From contig CM119268.1 of the NCBI GenBank assembly GCA_051294375.1, positions 9,042,721-9,106,720 on the forward strand: a DNA stretch of 64,000 bases, given 5' to 3'. Below are positions 13,230-26,395 of this stretch, piece after piece; the stretch's first letter is position 1; the number at the start of each line of letters is the position of its first letter. The translations under genes and the position numbers were made by a program. The notes beneath the pieces were generated by a model. It had not been told where the DNA came from, made no database searches, and saw nothing but the letters and a program-made list of their open reading frames with translations. Source of the DNA: Paraspadella gotoi. Lineage: Eukaryota; Animalia; Chaetognatha.

Positions 13230-13260
13230 AGCGGCGGCAGCGGCAGCGGCGGCAGCGGCG
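13186..13260. repeat. (GCG/GCA)n trinucleotide repeat, ~25 units
   Basis: Directly visible; no convincing splice context around it. Confidence 0.9.
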
Positions 13261-13539
13261 TCAGTATCGGCGGTGGCGACGGGAGAGTCGAATGGGGGCA
13301 GAGAAAGAGGGAAAAAGAGAGGGAGAGAAACGGTAGTTAATTCTCTTCTCTCTTTCCGCATTCTATTTAATCTTTTCTTCTCTTTTTCTTCCTCTTCCTC
13401 CTTTTCCTCCTCTTCCTCCTCTTCCTCCTGTTCCTCCTCCTCGTCCGATTGTCCCGCTGATCTTTTAATCCGACGCCAGTGGGAAAAGATATTTATGAGA
13501 CTCGAGAATTGAAACGTTTATCCTTTTCATCCTCTCTTT

Positions 13540-13760
13540 CCTTTTCTTTTTCTCTTTTCTTTTCTTTTTCTCTTTCCCTTTCTTTTTCTCTTTCCTTTTC
13601 ACCCTCTTTTTCCTTTTCTATTTTTCTTTCCTTTTCTTTTTCTCTTTCCTCTTCTTTTTCTCTTTCCTTTTCTTTTTCTCTTTCCTTTTCTTTTTCTCTT
13701 TCCTTTTCTTTTTCTCTTTCCTTTTCTTTTTCTCTTTCCTTTTCTTTCTCTTTCCTTTTC
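13540..13760. repeat. 18-bp pyrimidine minisatellite (TCTTTCCTTTTCTTTTTC)n
   Basis: Tandem units, cleanest at 13660-13745. Confidence 0.85.
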
Positions 13761-14098
13761 TTTATTTCTTTTTCTCTTTTTCCTCTTCTATTTCATTTCT
13801 TGTGTCCTTTCTTTCCTTTTCTCGACTCTCTTTCTCTGCTTCCTTATATCTTTCTATTCAAGGCGCTCTCTCTCTAGATCTCTCTCTCTCTCTCTTCTCT
13901 CTCTCTCTTCTTTCTCTCTCTCTTCTTCTCTCTCTCTCTCTCTCTTTCCGACGTTCACTGCCATCAATTACATTATCCTTCCTTCAATTTCTCTTGACCC
14001 CGCCATTCATTCCCCTCTCACCATTTCATTCATTCGCTTACTCGACCAAATCTCTAATTCAATCACTCAATCTCTCGTTTCCTCCTATCTTAATCAAA

Positions 14099-14151
<53 letters not shown>

Positions 14152-14731
14152 TCTCTCTCTCTTCTCTCTCTCTCCTCTCCTCTCTCTCCTCTCTCTTCTC
14201 TCTCTCTCTCTCTCTCTCTCTCCCTCTTCTCCCTTCCTCTCCTCTTTCTCCTCCCTCTCTCTCCCCATGTCCTAATCCCTCCGCGAGTGACGCTTTCTCA
14301 TCGTCATTGATCCAAATTCAGAGTAGTAAAAAAAATTTTCTTTTTTTTTTCTTTTTTTTTTTTGGCGAAAACTCTTTCTTAAGACGTCGAGTTTTCACCA
14401 GGGGGAACCAGAGTCACGGACCGGCCGCCGCCCTTACCTTTTTTTCCCTCTTTCCTTTCCTTACCTACCTCCCCGACTGCCTTACTTTTCTCCTCGAAGT
14501 TCCAGGCAGGTTGGCCACTGGCACAAAACATGCTTCACGCCAAATTTGAATTTGGCTTGCCGCATTTCTACATACGAAAACCGAAAAGATCAAATTTGCA
14601 TATTACGAGCACCGAATAGAAATATCGAACTTCCCGTCTCCCGCTCTTTCAAACTCTCTCTATCTCTCTCTCACTTTCCCTCCAACTCCGTCCTCCTCTC
14701 TCCTTCTCTCTCTCTCTCTCTCTCTCCTCTC

Positions 14732-14763
<32 letters not shown>

Positions 14764-16933
14764 CCTCTCTCTCTCTTTCTCAAACGCCACCACTTTTCGA
14801 CGCCAATCTCACGACCGACGCGCCATACGGCTTTTCGCGCCAACCCAGTTTCTCTCTTCTCCAGGCGTAAAAACATAATTCACTCATCGCCGGAGTTTCT
14901 GCGCCTCCTCCTCACTTCTCCTTCCCTCTTCCTCTTCCCCCCCCCTCGGCTGCCCTCCCTTATAATGCTTAGTAACTGCGCGGGGTTGATTTCAGTAATC
15001 CACAACCAAACGGGATCTTTTCAATGTTTACCTTCTCATACCCTATTCACGAAATTTTCCGCGTCTCTGGTTTCTCTCTCCTCTCCTCTCTCTCTCTCAT
15101 CGTACTCTCATTGCGCTCCTTCTCCTCTGTCTCTCGTCTCTTTTGCCGCCAATCTCTTTTCTCTCTCTAATCTCTCTCTACTCTCCTCTCCTCTCTTTTT
15201 TTTCTTCTTGTGTTCCCCTCCCTCTCTCTCCCCTCCTTTTCTCATCTTCTCTCTCTCTCCCTCGCTCTCCCTCAGCCCCTCTCGTCTCTCTCTCACACCT
15301 CCCTCCTCTCTCCTCTCTCTCCCTCTCTTTTCCCCTCCCTCTTTTTCCTCTTTGTAAGAAAATTCCGTATTAATTAAAATGACAAACGAGAAAGGACATA
15401 AGAATCTCAGCGTCCGATAATCCGATAAGAAGAGAAATTCCATTCTGGCATCGACAACAACGACGGGGTTGACCTTTGTCGAGAAACGATGACAACAACA
15501 ACGACAACAACAACAACGACCATAGCGAAAATAACAACAAAAGAAAACCTCTAAGAGAAATCCAACAAAACATGAACATGAACTAAACAACAACATTGTC
15601 AAGAACACGAAAAACCACAACTAAGTCTACTGCTTCTAAACTACATCACCAACGACTGCTACTTTTACTGATTTACGAAAACGAAAAAAAAAACCACAAT
15701 AGTAATAAATACTACAACAACAACAGCAACAACAAAAATAACAACGACAACAACGACGACGACGGCCACGACGTCAATAACAGTTTGTTAAACGGACAGA
15801 CGGACACTTTTCGACATTGATGGTGAAGAGGTGCCCGGACCGGACAGAGGGAAAAGGCGCCCCCCCCNNNNNNNNNNNNNNNNNNNNNNNNNNNNNNNNN
15901 NNNNNNNNNNNNNNNNNNNNNNNNNNNNNNNNNNNNNNNNNNNNNNNNNNNNNNNNNNNNNNNNNNNNNNNNNNNNNNNNNNNNNNNNNNNNNNNNNNNN
16001 NNNNNNNNNNNNNNNNNNNNNNNNNNNNNNNNNNNNNNNNNNNNNNNNNNNNNNNNNNNNNNNNNNNNNNNNNNNNNNNNNNNNNNNNNNNNNNNNNNNN
16101 NNNNNNNNNNNNNNNNNNNNNNNNNNNNNNNNNNNNNNNNNNNNNNNNNNNNNNNNNNNNNNNNNNNNNNNNNNNNNNNNNNNNNNNNNNNNNNNNNNNN
16201 NNNNNNNNNNNNNNNNNNNNNNNNNNNNNNNNNNNNNNNNNNNNNNNNNNNNNNNNNNNNNNNNNNNNNNNNNNNNNNNNNNNNNNNNNNNNNNNNNNNN
16301 NNNNNNNNNNNNNNNNNNNNNNNNNNNNNNNNNNNNNNNNNNNNNNNNNNNNNNNNNNNNNNNNNNNNNNNNNNNNNNNNNNNNNNNNNNNNNNNNNNNN
16401 NNNNNNNNNNNNNNNNNNNNNNNNNNNNNNNNNNNNNNNNNNNNNNAAAAAGTATTATTCATTATTCAATCCTGGATGGAATTAAAATTAGAATTTTGTC
16501 AAAAATTGAGAGTTTAGTATAAATAGAAAAATTGGTTTATCGAATGATGATATAGAAAAATAAATATTATTCCGGTGATAAGCTATTAATGTTGATGAAA
16601 TGTCGAGTCAAGAAAAAGTGGATTTCTCTGATGAATAATTAAAAAAAGGGGATCTATAAAAGTCTACGAATGTGGACATGTAAATAGAAAAAGCGACGAG
16701 TTTTGCATAAATTTAACAAAACGCGCAGAGCGTGCGTGTTTACTGTTTCGAAACAGTAAATAGAAGGCAACAGTTAAGGAAGAGCGCGAGTTTATGACGA
16801 AAAAGAAGAGGGTCCGCCCGCCAAGGCTTGAGTTCGGGATAACCCGATTACGCTGCGCAAAAAACGTTTATCGTATTCTTTGGAATAAACGGGACTCCCT
16901 AATCGCGCAATAAATTTGGCGATAACCCGCGAC

Positions 16934-16987
<54 letters not shown>

Positions 16988-17265
16988 AAAAAAAATATTC
17001 TCTCCAGGGATTAAATAGAGACGTTTACCCTCCTACGTCTGTTGATTTCGAGGCCGATTCGCAGAAGGAAGAGAAAAAAATATATTTTTTCCCGCATTTT
17101 TATTTATTTTTATTTATTATCATTTTTTTTTTCTTCATCTGGTCGGTTTGAGGGCGGAAAACATTATTTTCTCCCAAAAATATTTATACGCGTTGGGAAG
17201 AAAAAAAAATGACTTTTTCTACTCGCGGGAAAACGATATTAAGGAAAAATTGAAAGGGGGGGGGA

Positions 17266-17319
<54 letters not shown>

Positions 17320-18281
17320 GAATAAAGATTAAAGAAATGAAATGAGACGAACAAAGGTCGATAGAAAAGAACGAGAGAGAGAGAGAGAGGGTCAGGTGGG
17401 GCGGTCAGGGGCGTTGGGGNNNNNNNNNNNNNNNNNNNNNNNNNNNNNNNNNNNNNNNNNNNNNNNNNNNNNNNNNNNNNNNNNNNNNNNNNNNNNNNNN
17501 NNNNNNNNNNNNNNNNNNNNNNNNNNNNNNNNNNNNNNNNNNNNNAGAGAGAGAGAAAACTGCTTTTTTACTCATAAAAACTTTTGCTCGGTTTTTTCCC
17601 CCGAAAGAAAAACTCGTAAAACCGCCGTCTTTGCAGAATGCGGATCGTAGGAAAAGTTAAAGAGGTCAGGTGGGGGCGGGTAGGGGCGTGGGGGGAGAAG
17701 GAGCAGAGAATGTGGGGGAGGAGAGTGGAGCATGACGATTGGCAAAGGAGAGAGGCTGGAGGTGCAGACGATTGGCGAACGTGAGGGAATTTGAGATGGT
17801 CAGAGCCACTGCAGGGATTTTAGACCGGAAATACGAAGTTAGGCGTGGGATATTATTCAGGCGGTTAAATTCCGTTCGAATTTTTGGAAACTATGGTTTT
17901 TTTGTTTTATTTATTTATTTATTTAAGAATTGTATGATTTTATGTATATACTGACTCACGACAGTTTTCTTTTTTTAATCTCTCACTCTCAAAATTTTTT
18001 TCTTCATTTTCTTTTCTAAAAATAATTGTTAGTTAAATTAGTTCATTTTTTTCATCTTTTTACCGTTTGATCTTTCACAAAAGCTTATTCAACTCACAAA
18101 TACGACCAGCATCGGGCCGACTCCTCACGCACCCTTTTCACGTTCTTTCCAGTGATTCGCTGTGAGAATCTCACCCAAAATATCATCACTAGTTCACCAT
18201 TCCCTTCACCACCAGGGAATGTTTGGTTCTTGAACAAAACATTTTTTCTTCAACGTTTCGAATTTTTACTCTTCTTCCAAC

Positions 18282-18350
<69 letters not shown>

Positions 18351-18500
18351 CTTTCTCTTCTTTCTCCAGGGAGAGAATACTCTTCGGTTGTCAAGGCAAC
18401 TCGTAAAGCCGTTGCGGGCGATCATTAACTCCTCGTGGCGATGAGTCGACCTGACAACTTTAGCTCCTAATAGAGAGAGAGAAGAGAGAGAGAAGAGAGA

Positions 18501-18566
<66 letters not shown>

Positions 18567-19897
18567 TTGTGCGATGCTAAAAGGCGAAAATTGCTTGAGG
18601 TCGCCGCGCGACATTTTCTTTTTTCCAGACATTTTTTTTCTGCAAACCTCAAGGCGAATATTCCTCCGTAGTAAAAAATCCCTAGAGTATAAAATGAAAT
18701 AATCGCGAAACATTTAAATCATTCCGTTTTATTCTTTTTTAAAAAAAAAAAATCAACGCTATTCTTTTTTTTTAGCACAAAAATTCAATACATCGTCACA
18801 ATACCAAAAGCCTATTCAAAGTCCTCCTTTCAACTTACATTCATTTTATATTATTTCATTCCAATTAATTATATCATTCGTCCTCAACCTGAGGTTCATA
18901 ATATTTCCCCCCCCCCCAATCCCTCCCCCCAAAAAATTCATATTTTCTATTTGGATTTATTATTTTTCTCTCCCCAATTTTCCGCTCCCCTCTTTTCTCT
19001 CTCTGTCTCCTTTTCTTTGTCGTCTCGCTCTCTTCTCGCATCACGAGAGCAAGACGAAGATCCAAGCGACGACTTTCCGACGATGACGTATCGACGTCCC
19101 GCCACCATCCCAGCATCACCTTAAGACCTGAACAGAGGGGGGTGTGCGGGGGGGGAGTTGAAAGGGGTGTTGCCGAGAAGATTTCTCGAGGAGTGTTGAT
19201 TCGTTCAAGTTGTGGATGATTGGCGAGGCTAGGAGTCGAAAGGTGTGAGACGGAGAAGTGAGGAGAGAGAAATGGGATAATTTTGTGAAAAGATGAGTTC
19301 TGTGTAGAAGATGGCGGCGTCGATGCGTTAGGAGACGAGAGAAGTTTGAAGATGATTTGGATCGATCGAAAATGACTACCGTGTTATGATATGAGCTGGA
19401 TGAGTTTTGGAGTCCAGGGTGAAGAATAAGGTCATCGCTGAGATGAAACGAGCCTTTTGAGCGCGACGTGCAATGTGAGAAGAATTCATGAGCTCATCTG
19501 AAGATAAAGCTGTAACTAAGTAAGAGTGAAGATTAGTTGAGGTTAACGAGAATTCAGCGCTGGTGAAAGTTAGAAAAAAGAGATAAGCTCAGCGGTAAAG
19601 ATGAGATAAGATTGCGTGAGGATCTTAGCCCAATGTAAACATTGAATGAATAGTGAAAATGTGAAGTAATGATCTCAGCATGAAGAATGATTGAGCTCAA
19701 CCCTTCATCTGTTGAGTCGGCGCCGGATCGAATCAAGAGATGAAGAGATGATCTCAGCATTGAAGAGATGATTTTAAGCTCAATCGGTTGAGCTGCTCTC
19801 CTTCGGTTGAGTTCGGCGCCGACAAAATATATTTCTCGGAAAAATCATTCTGGCGGAAGTTTTTGAGAATCACTCGCGATTCGTTTGACTTTGGTTT

Positions 19898-19963
<66 letters not shown>

Positions 19964-20283
19964 TCTCGTCCTCCCTCTTTCTTTTACCCTCCCTAATCCG
20001 ATTCTCTCTTCGTGTCTGAACCTTAACATTTCACCAATTCCACCTCACCAAAAATTAAACGACTCACACACCTCCTCGCCACACGCCTCACAAACCCAGC
20101 CGCCACCCGCTCTCTGGTCGATGTCCGACTCGAAGAATTCGAAGGCAGATTCGACGAAAGTTTTGGCTTCTCTTCCACCTCGTCGCCGGGGGTAAGGTTC
20201 GAAAGGTTCGAAACACTTGATTGTAGAGACTGGGGATTCGAGTGTGGATCGAGATGGGGTGGACGGGAGTTTGAGACGCTCGC

Positions 20284-20553
20284 TTTTTAGCATGGAATCT
20301 CGACGCTATAATTCGCTTTGTCGGTCCGTCGGCCCCACCCCAAAAGTTTGTCGGTGTGACACTTGTCAGAACATCGATAATGCGAAGATGTCCGTCCGTC
20401 CGTCCGTTTGTCGTGGTCAGTGACGAAAAGACATAAAAACAAACATGTCGGATAAATTATTAATTAATTAATTAATTATTGAACTGAAATAATTAATTAA
20501 TTAATGAACTTGAAATAATTAATTAATAATTAATTCATTGTTTGATCAAACTT
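20284..20553 (+). mobile_element. Short Helentron-associated non-autonomous element (HINE/DINE-1-like)
   Basis: TTTTTAG start, 'cgac.ctataattcgctttgtcggtccgtcgg', (GTCC)n, and 3' CATTGTTTGATCAAACTT hairpin end. Confidence 0.75.
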
Positions 20554-21211
20554 TTTTTTATTTCTTATTTATTTCGCATAACTGAAAATTATATTCATAA
20601 AATATGTCTTGTTAAAGAGTTTATAATGATTTTTTATCTGAATTGAGCCCTGACCTTTTATTTTTGAAGGCTCAAATATCTGAATTTGAAGTTTAATTGA
20701 ATGACTTTGATAATTTGAATAATTTTGATTAAAGCCTCTAATGGGTTTAATTTTATACATTGAATTTGAATAACTGGTCTCTCATTGGTTAATAATAACT
20801 AGTAGATGTTTTGATTTTATTCTCAAAATGTGAACCTCTCTCTCATTGGTGTTTATAATTTTGTCCTTGTATATAAAAGGAGAGTAAATTCTTTTTGTAT
20901 TCAAACGGAAAACGAAAACATAAAACTTGTTATGTTCATCTATCTGAATGACTTACATTTTAATAATACTTTTAAGTCCAATGGAAAAAGTCTGTTTCGA
21001 TTACGAGCAAAATACATGAATATTGAATAAGGTACAGGGTTCACAAATTATTTTGAACTTAATAATTTTCAATTTTGAGCTCTTTTATTTATTTTCATTT
21101 CTTTTAACTTAGCTATCTCACACAAATTTTTCTCTATCACTTTCACTCTATCCTTTTTTAATTTATTATTGTTGTAATTTATTTTCCATTATTTAGTTTA
21201 AAAACTTTATC

Positions 21212-21500
21212 TTAGTGTTACATTGCTCAAATGTATTATTTCCCTCTCATTCCCCTCTCTCTGTACCATTTTCACTTCTTTTCAAACTTACTCTATCTGT
21301 CCTCAACTTACCATATGTCCTCAGCTCTAACAATTGTCTTCTCTATTCTTTGTTTAAAAACTCTGACCTCTCTCTCTGGCATTCAAAATCACATTCACAA
21401 ATGTAAAAATCGCGCTGATGAAGGCTTGCATTAAAGCCGAAACATGCCTTGTTTTTTATAAATAACATCGTTGATCAAAACAAAACAAACTATATTCGCG
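21212..21500 (+). mobile_element. Penelope pLTR-like solo unit containing a hammerhead motif
   Basis: Homologous to the reverse complement of 55250-55600 ('accattt(t)cacttcttttca(c)aacttactct'); hammerhead core followed by a T-run and an AATAA-like signal. Confidence 0.7.
21415..21448 (+). ncRNA. Minimal type I hammerhead ribozyme motif (cleavage triplet GCC instead of GTC, probably inactive)
   Basis: CTGATGA-A-GGCTT-gcatta-AAGCC-GAAA-CATG-CC: conserved core and a 5-bp stem II. Confidence 0.75.
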
Positions 21501-22060
21501 AAACTTAATCATAAAAAAATCATTATACATTTTTTTGTTTTGCCTTTCGACTTTAAATTATATTAATTATTATATTTTAACCATATAAAAATAAAAAAGA
21601 TATGATTTCAGTTTTGATAGTAGTAAGTTTTTGAATCACTGTTTAAAGAATTTTACATTGACTCTAAACTTAAGAATTTAACATTTAAATTGAATTCAAA
21701 TAGTAAAATGTAAAAAATACGGACGGTTATGACGTCGATAAAAAAGTTAATAATGATAAAAACGTTAAAAAAGCAAGCAATAGAAGAATTAGCCAGTCTT
21801 TTTTCTCTTTTTAATCAATGGCTCTGATCGATATTCTGGACAAGGAGCGAAAGAGTCGAGTTCATTTTTTCAATCACGTGATCGAGATTCTTCGATTTCC
21901 ATTCATCGACGAGTTTTTGTCATTTCGTCGTTTCGTCCCGATTCTGAGTCGCGAATAAAAATTGACATCTGGTCGTTTTGAGGACAGTGAACGTCCGTTC
22001 GTATCTCTCTCTCTCTCTCTTCTTCTTTTTGTCTTGTCTCTCCGCTTTCTTCTAATTCTC

Positions 22061-22175
22061 CCAATGGGGTCAACCTGACCATTGAAGCCCCATTCACCGT
22101 CTCTTGCTTCCTCTTCCTTGTTCACCGTCGCCTATAAAAGCAAGGCCCGACCCTCAACATTTCATTCACTGTTCA
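22061..22175 (+). promoter_or_regulatory. Promoter copy 1: CCAAT, GGTCAaccTGACC palindrome (22068-22080), TATAAAAG (22133-22140), Inr-like TCATTC
   Basis: Motifs seen directly with canonical TATA-Inr spacing. Confidence 0.65.
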
Positions 22176-22374
22176 CAAAATTCTCTCGTTGCTATAAACT
22201 TAATGCCAAAATTTTGGTCTTCTTCCGATGTGCAAACTTTGAAAGAATTACTGTGCTTTCGTTCGCCGCTTTCTTAAAAAAAAAAAACTACGACTCTTTT
22301 CTCTCTCGTTCTCAAATTTCTGCATCAAACTCGCCTAAAAAAAAAACCACAATTCGCTCAAAATAAAAAAAAAA

Positions 22375-22921
22375 ATGTCTTTCGACCCTTCAACCTTCAC
22401 TCAACCCGGCCATTCACTCCCTGCATGGAGGAATTAAACTTATCCTGCGTCCCTTACCTTCGAGAGCAAAAATTCGTCTTAGCCTTCGAATATGACGCCG
22501 ATGGAACCCTCGTCAATGCGAGTGCTTTCCGCTGCCTCTGCCACCGCCGGGTCACGAGACGGAGGAAGGTTGACGAAGAAGGTCATCGAATGTGGATGCC
22601 GGGAGAGACGGAAAACGGAAAAGATTCATGAGATATCTGCCAATGCTCGAGAATTATGGAATGAGTCCGGGTTTATCAGAAGGAAACGCTGGATGGGCGA
22701 CTGCAGCCTATTTCATCTCTGCAGTCGTCGATGACAAGAGTTGTTTCCCTGGCAAAGGTGTTTACGCCGTTTCCGGGGAGCAGCAGTCAACTCTAGGAGA
22801 GAAAACACTTTACGACGAATCGCCAAAATTATTGTCCACGAAAATCCTTAGATCGAATTGTCCCTTTTACGAAAAACGCGCCGCCAATGGTGTTCGGAAG
22901 CAAATCGCCCTTATTGATTAA
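22375..22921 (+). pseudogene. Frameshifted copy of the 186-aa orphan gene (pseudogene or consensus errors)
   Basis: Same start (ATGTCTTTCGAC) and end (RKQIALID*) as 32521-33081, but split over three frames by small indels. Confidence 0.7.
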
Positions 22922-24181
22922 ACGATTGAATAATGAAAAACTTTCTTTTTTATCTTGTGACAATTTTGGCTCATATCAAACACAACGAACGTGAAAGGAA
23001 AATATCTAACAATATATTGGTAACTTAATCATTTTAAATGAGAAATTTTTTTACTCGTAAAAAGCTTACAAACTCTAAACTATGAATTAATTTTTTTTTT
23101 TGCCCACAAAATCCTGGAGCAATTATAGTTAATAAATATTGAAATATGATTCTATATGTATATCTAATTAGTTTTCATCGAAGTTTATAGATGAATTCTG
23201 TTCAGACGCTGTTAAAAGTGATACTATTCGATATTCGTGAAATCTTTTTTCAATTTTTTTCTTTCTTTCTATTTTTTTTTTTATATTTCTATATTTTCTA
23301 TGCTAATGTGTATTTCATTGATATACTTAATACTTTCCAATTTGCAATGTCCGCAATGATCCTTAATTGTTTGAATTTTATTTTTTAGTGCCATTAGTGC
23401 AATTTTCTTGCTCAATACTCATCGTTAATCGTTTAATCTTCTTATTGTCTTTAATTGTCAAATTGTCTCTTTTATTTCGGAAAAAAAAAAAAAAATTAAT
23501 ATTCTATGATAAGGGACGCTGTAAGAAACGCAAAACTTATAATCATTTTACCAATTTTTTCTCATCCATCCAAATCGCAAATGGCAAAAAATTTATCACT
23601 TATCATTAGTTCTGAAACACGAATTCTTTTTTTAAGCTTCTTTTTTCTTTAAGCTCTATCAGAATCGTTTTAAAATTCTACATGAATTTTTTAAAAAATT
23701 TGTGATTTATAGTTATATGATAAACTATAAACGCTTCTATGGTGTAGTGTTAACTATACATTTAGATCTATCTCCTGCGATGATTCTATAATCATAAAAT
23801 TGTTTTAAATTTTGTTATCTCTGTGTTATAATACAAACCTTGTTTCGCCTCATCATTTGTGTGCCTTCAAAATTATCTATTTTGACTGTAATGTTGCAAT
23901 TTTCCCGTTTAAATAAATAAACGACAGTGTATTTGATAATAAACGTGAATTTTACTCCAAAGCGTCAGGTAGCTTAGCTTAAGTTAGCTCTCACCATTGA
24001 AAATGTTGGAAACGTTAAATTTGTAAATTTCCAAATGTATATATTTAATCTGGATCTGGATGGAATTTAAACCCCGTCTAAAGATTTTATTTCATCATAA
24101 AAGAAATGATAAAATATTAAATTGTAAAGTTATTGTGTTCAATCAGTCTTTTTCAGCCTTGGCTCCAGCTCAAGCAAAAGA

Positions 24182-24620
24182 TTTTTTAAGTCGGATCTGC
24201 TTATCTGCTTATCCGTCGGTTCGCCCTCACAATCTTGTCGGTCATTTACTTATTTCATGTCAGAACATCAAATTATGATAAAAATATGTAAAAAATTTAT
24301 GTCTATCTGTTCTTGTCTGTCTGTCTGTCCGTCCCACCTTAGCATTAAACTCCAATTATTTTGGATTGATTAAAATGAAATTTTTGTGTGGTGGTTAGGA
24401 AAGTGTGTGATGAGCTTGATATAAAGTTTCGATGGAATCGAGGAGTGTGTTTGTATGGAAAAAACCAAAGTCAGTTTACTTAATTTTATTATGCTTACTC
24501 ATAAATGTTTTAAATTATATTTATTATTAATTAAGGTGAAAAAGTGAATGCAGTTAAAAAAAATAAGCAAGTTCAAAAAAATAATAATAGATACAAAAAA
24601 TATTTTACTTGTAATTATTT
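24182..24620 (+). mobile_element. 3'-truncated HINE (duplicate at 34357-34800)
   Basis: TTTTTTAAGTCGGATCTGCTTATC start, (GTCT/GTCC)n, and one internal ~125-bp repeat unit. Confidence 0.75.
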
Positions 24621-24959
24621 CTACCATTAGTAACAGTTAATGCTTACATATATAATTTAATATAGAAATAGATATAGAAATACATAAATATCGGCAATTG
24701 ACCCACGACGCCTATAATAACAGAAGAAGTCAGGCAGTCACGATTAATGGAAGCCAAAGCCGTATAGCGAACTGACAGACTAACGAACAAATGGGCCAAC
24801 TTATGTTGACGGAATGACAGTCCGAGCGAGAAATAAGCCGTCCGGGCCCGATGAGAGAAATAAATAGATTGACCTTCTTGCCGATGGACTGTCTTAAAAA
24901 GAAAAACGGCCAGACCGACCGACAGACGCGATCACTCAAAACACTTGGACTCCCTAGTC

Positions 24960-26358
24960 GCTACTTCCCCCCCTCCCCTCATTCCCCCTCAGTACCAGCA
25001 TGGGCGAAGAGTCGTCTTCCCTCAGCAAAGCCTCCACGTCGATGGCTTCGCTGGAGGACTCGACGCCGCATCCTGGAGGACGGCTTGGCCCACTTCCCCC
25101 ATCGGATCTTGTTAAGGAGTTTCTCCGTCGTCGAGTGGCCTCGCTCCGTGGAGGTCGAAGAATCCTAAGAGGGTTGGGGCGGCGTGGGGGTAACTAAGAG
25201 GGTTGGTGGGCGTGGGTAACTAAGAGGGTTGGTGGGGCGTGGGGCGAATCTTGTGCCCCGCTGTCATTTTACTGACCCTTTTCAATTGAATTGTGATGAA
25301 TGAGTGAGAAAAAATGACGTCGTTTGTTAGCGAAACTTAGACATTTTTTTTGTGATTTCGATTTTTTAACGAATTTTTAAGGGAAATGCATTAGACTCTT
25401 ATTATTTGTCAAAACTCTGTTATGCATCTCTGCCTAGTGGTCACAGAGATGCGTCCTAACGCGCTATAGTAACAATTTATGAGGCAGCTACACTACACCG
25501 ACTGCCACAATAGATATTTACTTTTCTCTCCTTCCTCCATCTCCACCACGCCCACTCAACCACCACCGCCCACCCAATTCTCCTTACCTCGACATCTTGC
25601 TCTTCAACGGAATATCCGACGTCGTCGTCGTCTGCTTTTCGTCCGCCATCGACGCCGTCATCGACGCCGCCGAGTCTCCGGCCGCGGCCAGCGCTGGAAG
25701 AGGAATATTACAAAACCGGCGCCGGATTCGAAAGGAATTCCTTGGACGGTGTCTCGATGCTCCCGCGACTCGCGGCGTCGCCCATCGGAAGATCGAGAGT
25801 GTCGAGCCGGGTTCGCCGACGGAGAAGTATGCTCGGCGTCGTCCCGCGGCGTCCATGGCGCCCGAGGCGGCGTCCATAGCGCCGTCGTCTCCGGCGTCAA
25901 CGCCGCGTCTCGGCGCCTCGACGGAGCCCTCTCAGAGCCGCGCGATTTTGGCCATGTTGCGGAGGACTCTCGCGTCTCGTCCAACTGGTCCACGATGTCC
26001 AAAGTCTCCGACGCCGCCTCCGGGAAGACTGCTGAAGTGTGCAACATCAACTCGTCGAGGCTCTGAAGACCTCCTCGAGGTCAACGTCTGAGATCGGCTC
26101 CCGCTGGGCCGAGGTGTGCGTGTCCCTCTCGGTAGAAGACGTGGTGCCGCGGCGGATGCTGCGCCGTGGGTTGCTGCGGCGGTTGCTGCGGGTGTTGCCG
26201 CCAATTGAGGCGGTTTTTCTGTGCGGAGTTGCTGTTGTTAGAGGATGTTTTGAAGTCGAGGGAATTGACCGAAAAGTTTGGCGGGAATCTGATGATGGAA
26301 AGATAAATAAGTAAACGACGTTTTTAATCAACTTCTTTAAACGCTTCTGTCTCTCTCT

Positions 26359-26395
<37 letters not shown>

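Noticed and set aside
10803-13280. Poly-Ala stretches (10803-10900, 13186-13260) as transcription-factor exons
   Set aside because: No convincing acceptor/donor pair or flanking domain sequence; may be UTR or simple repeats.
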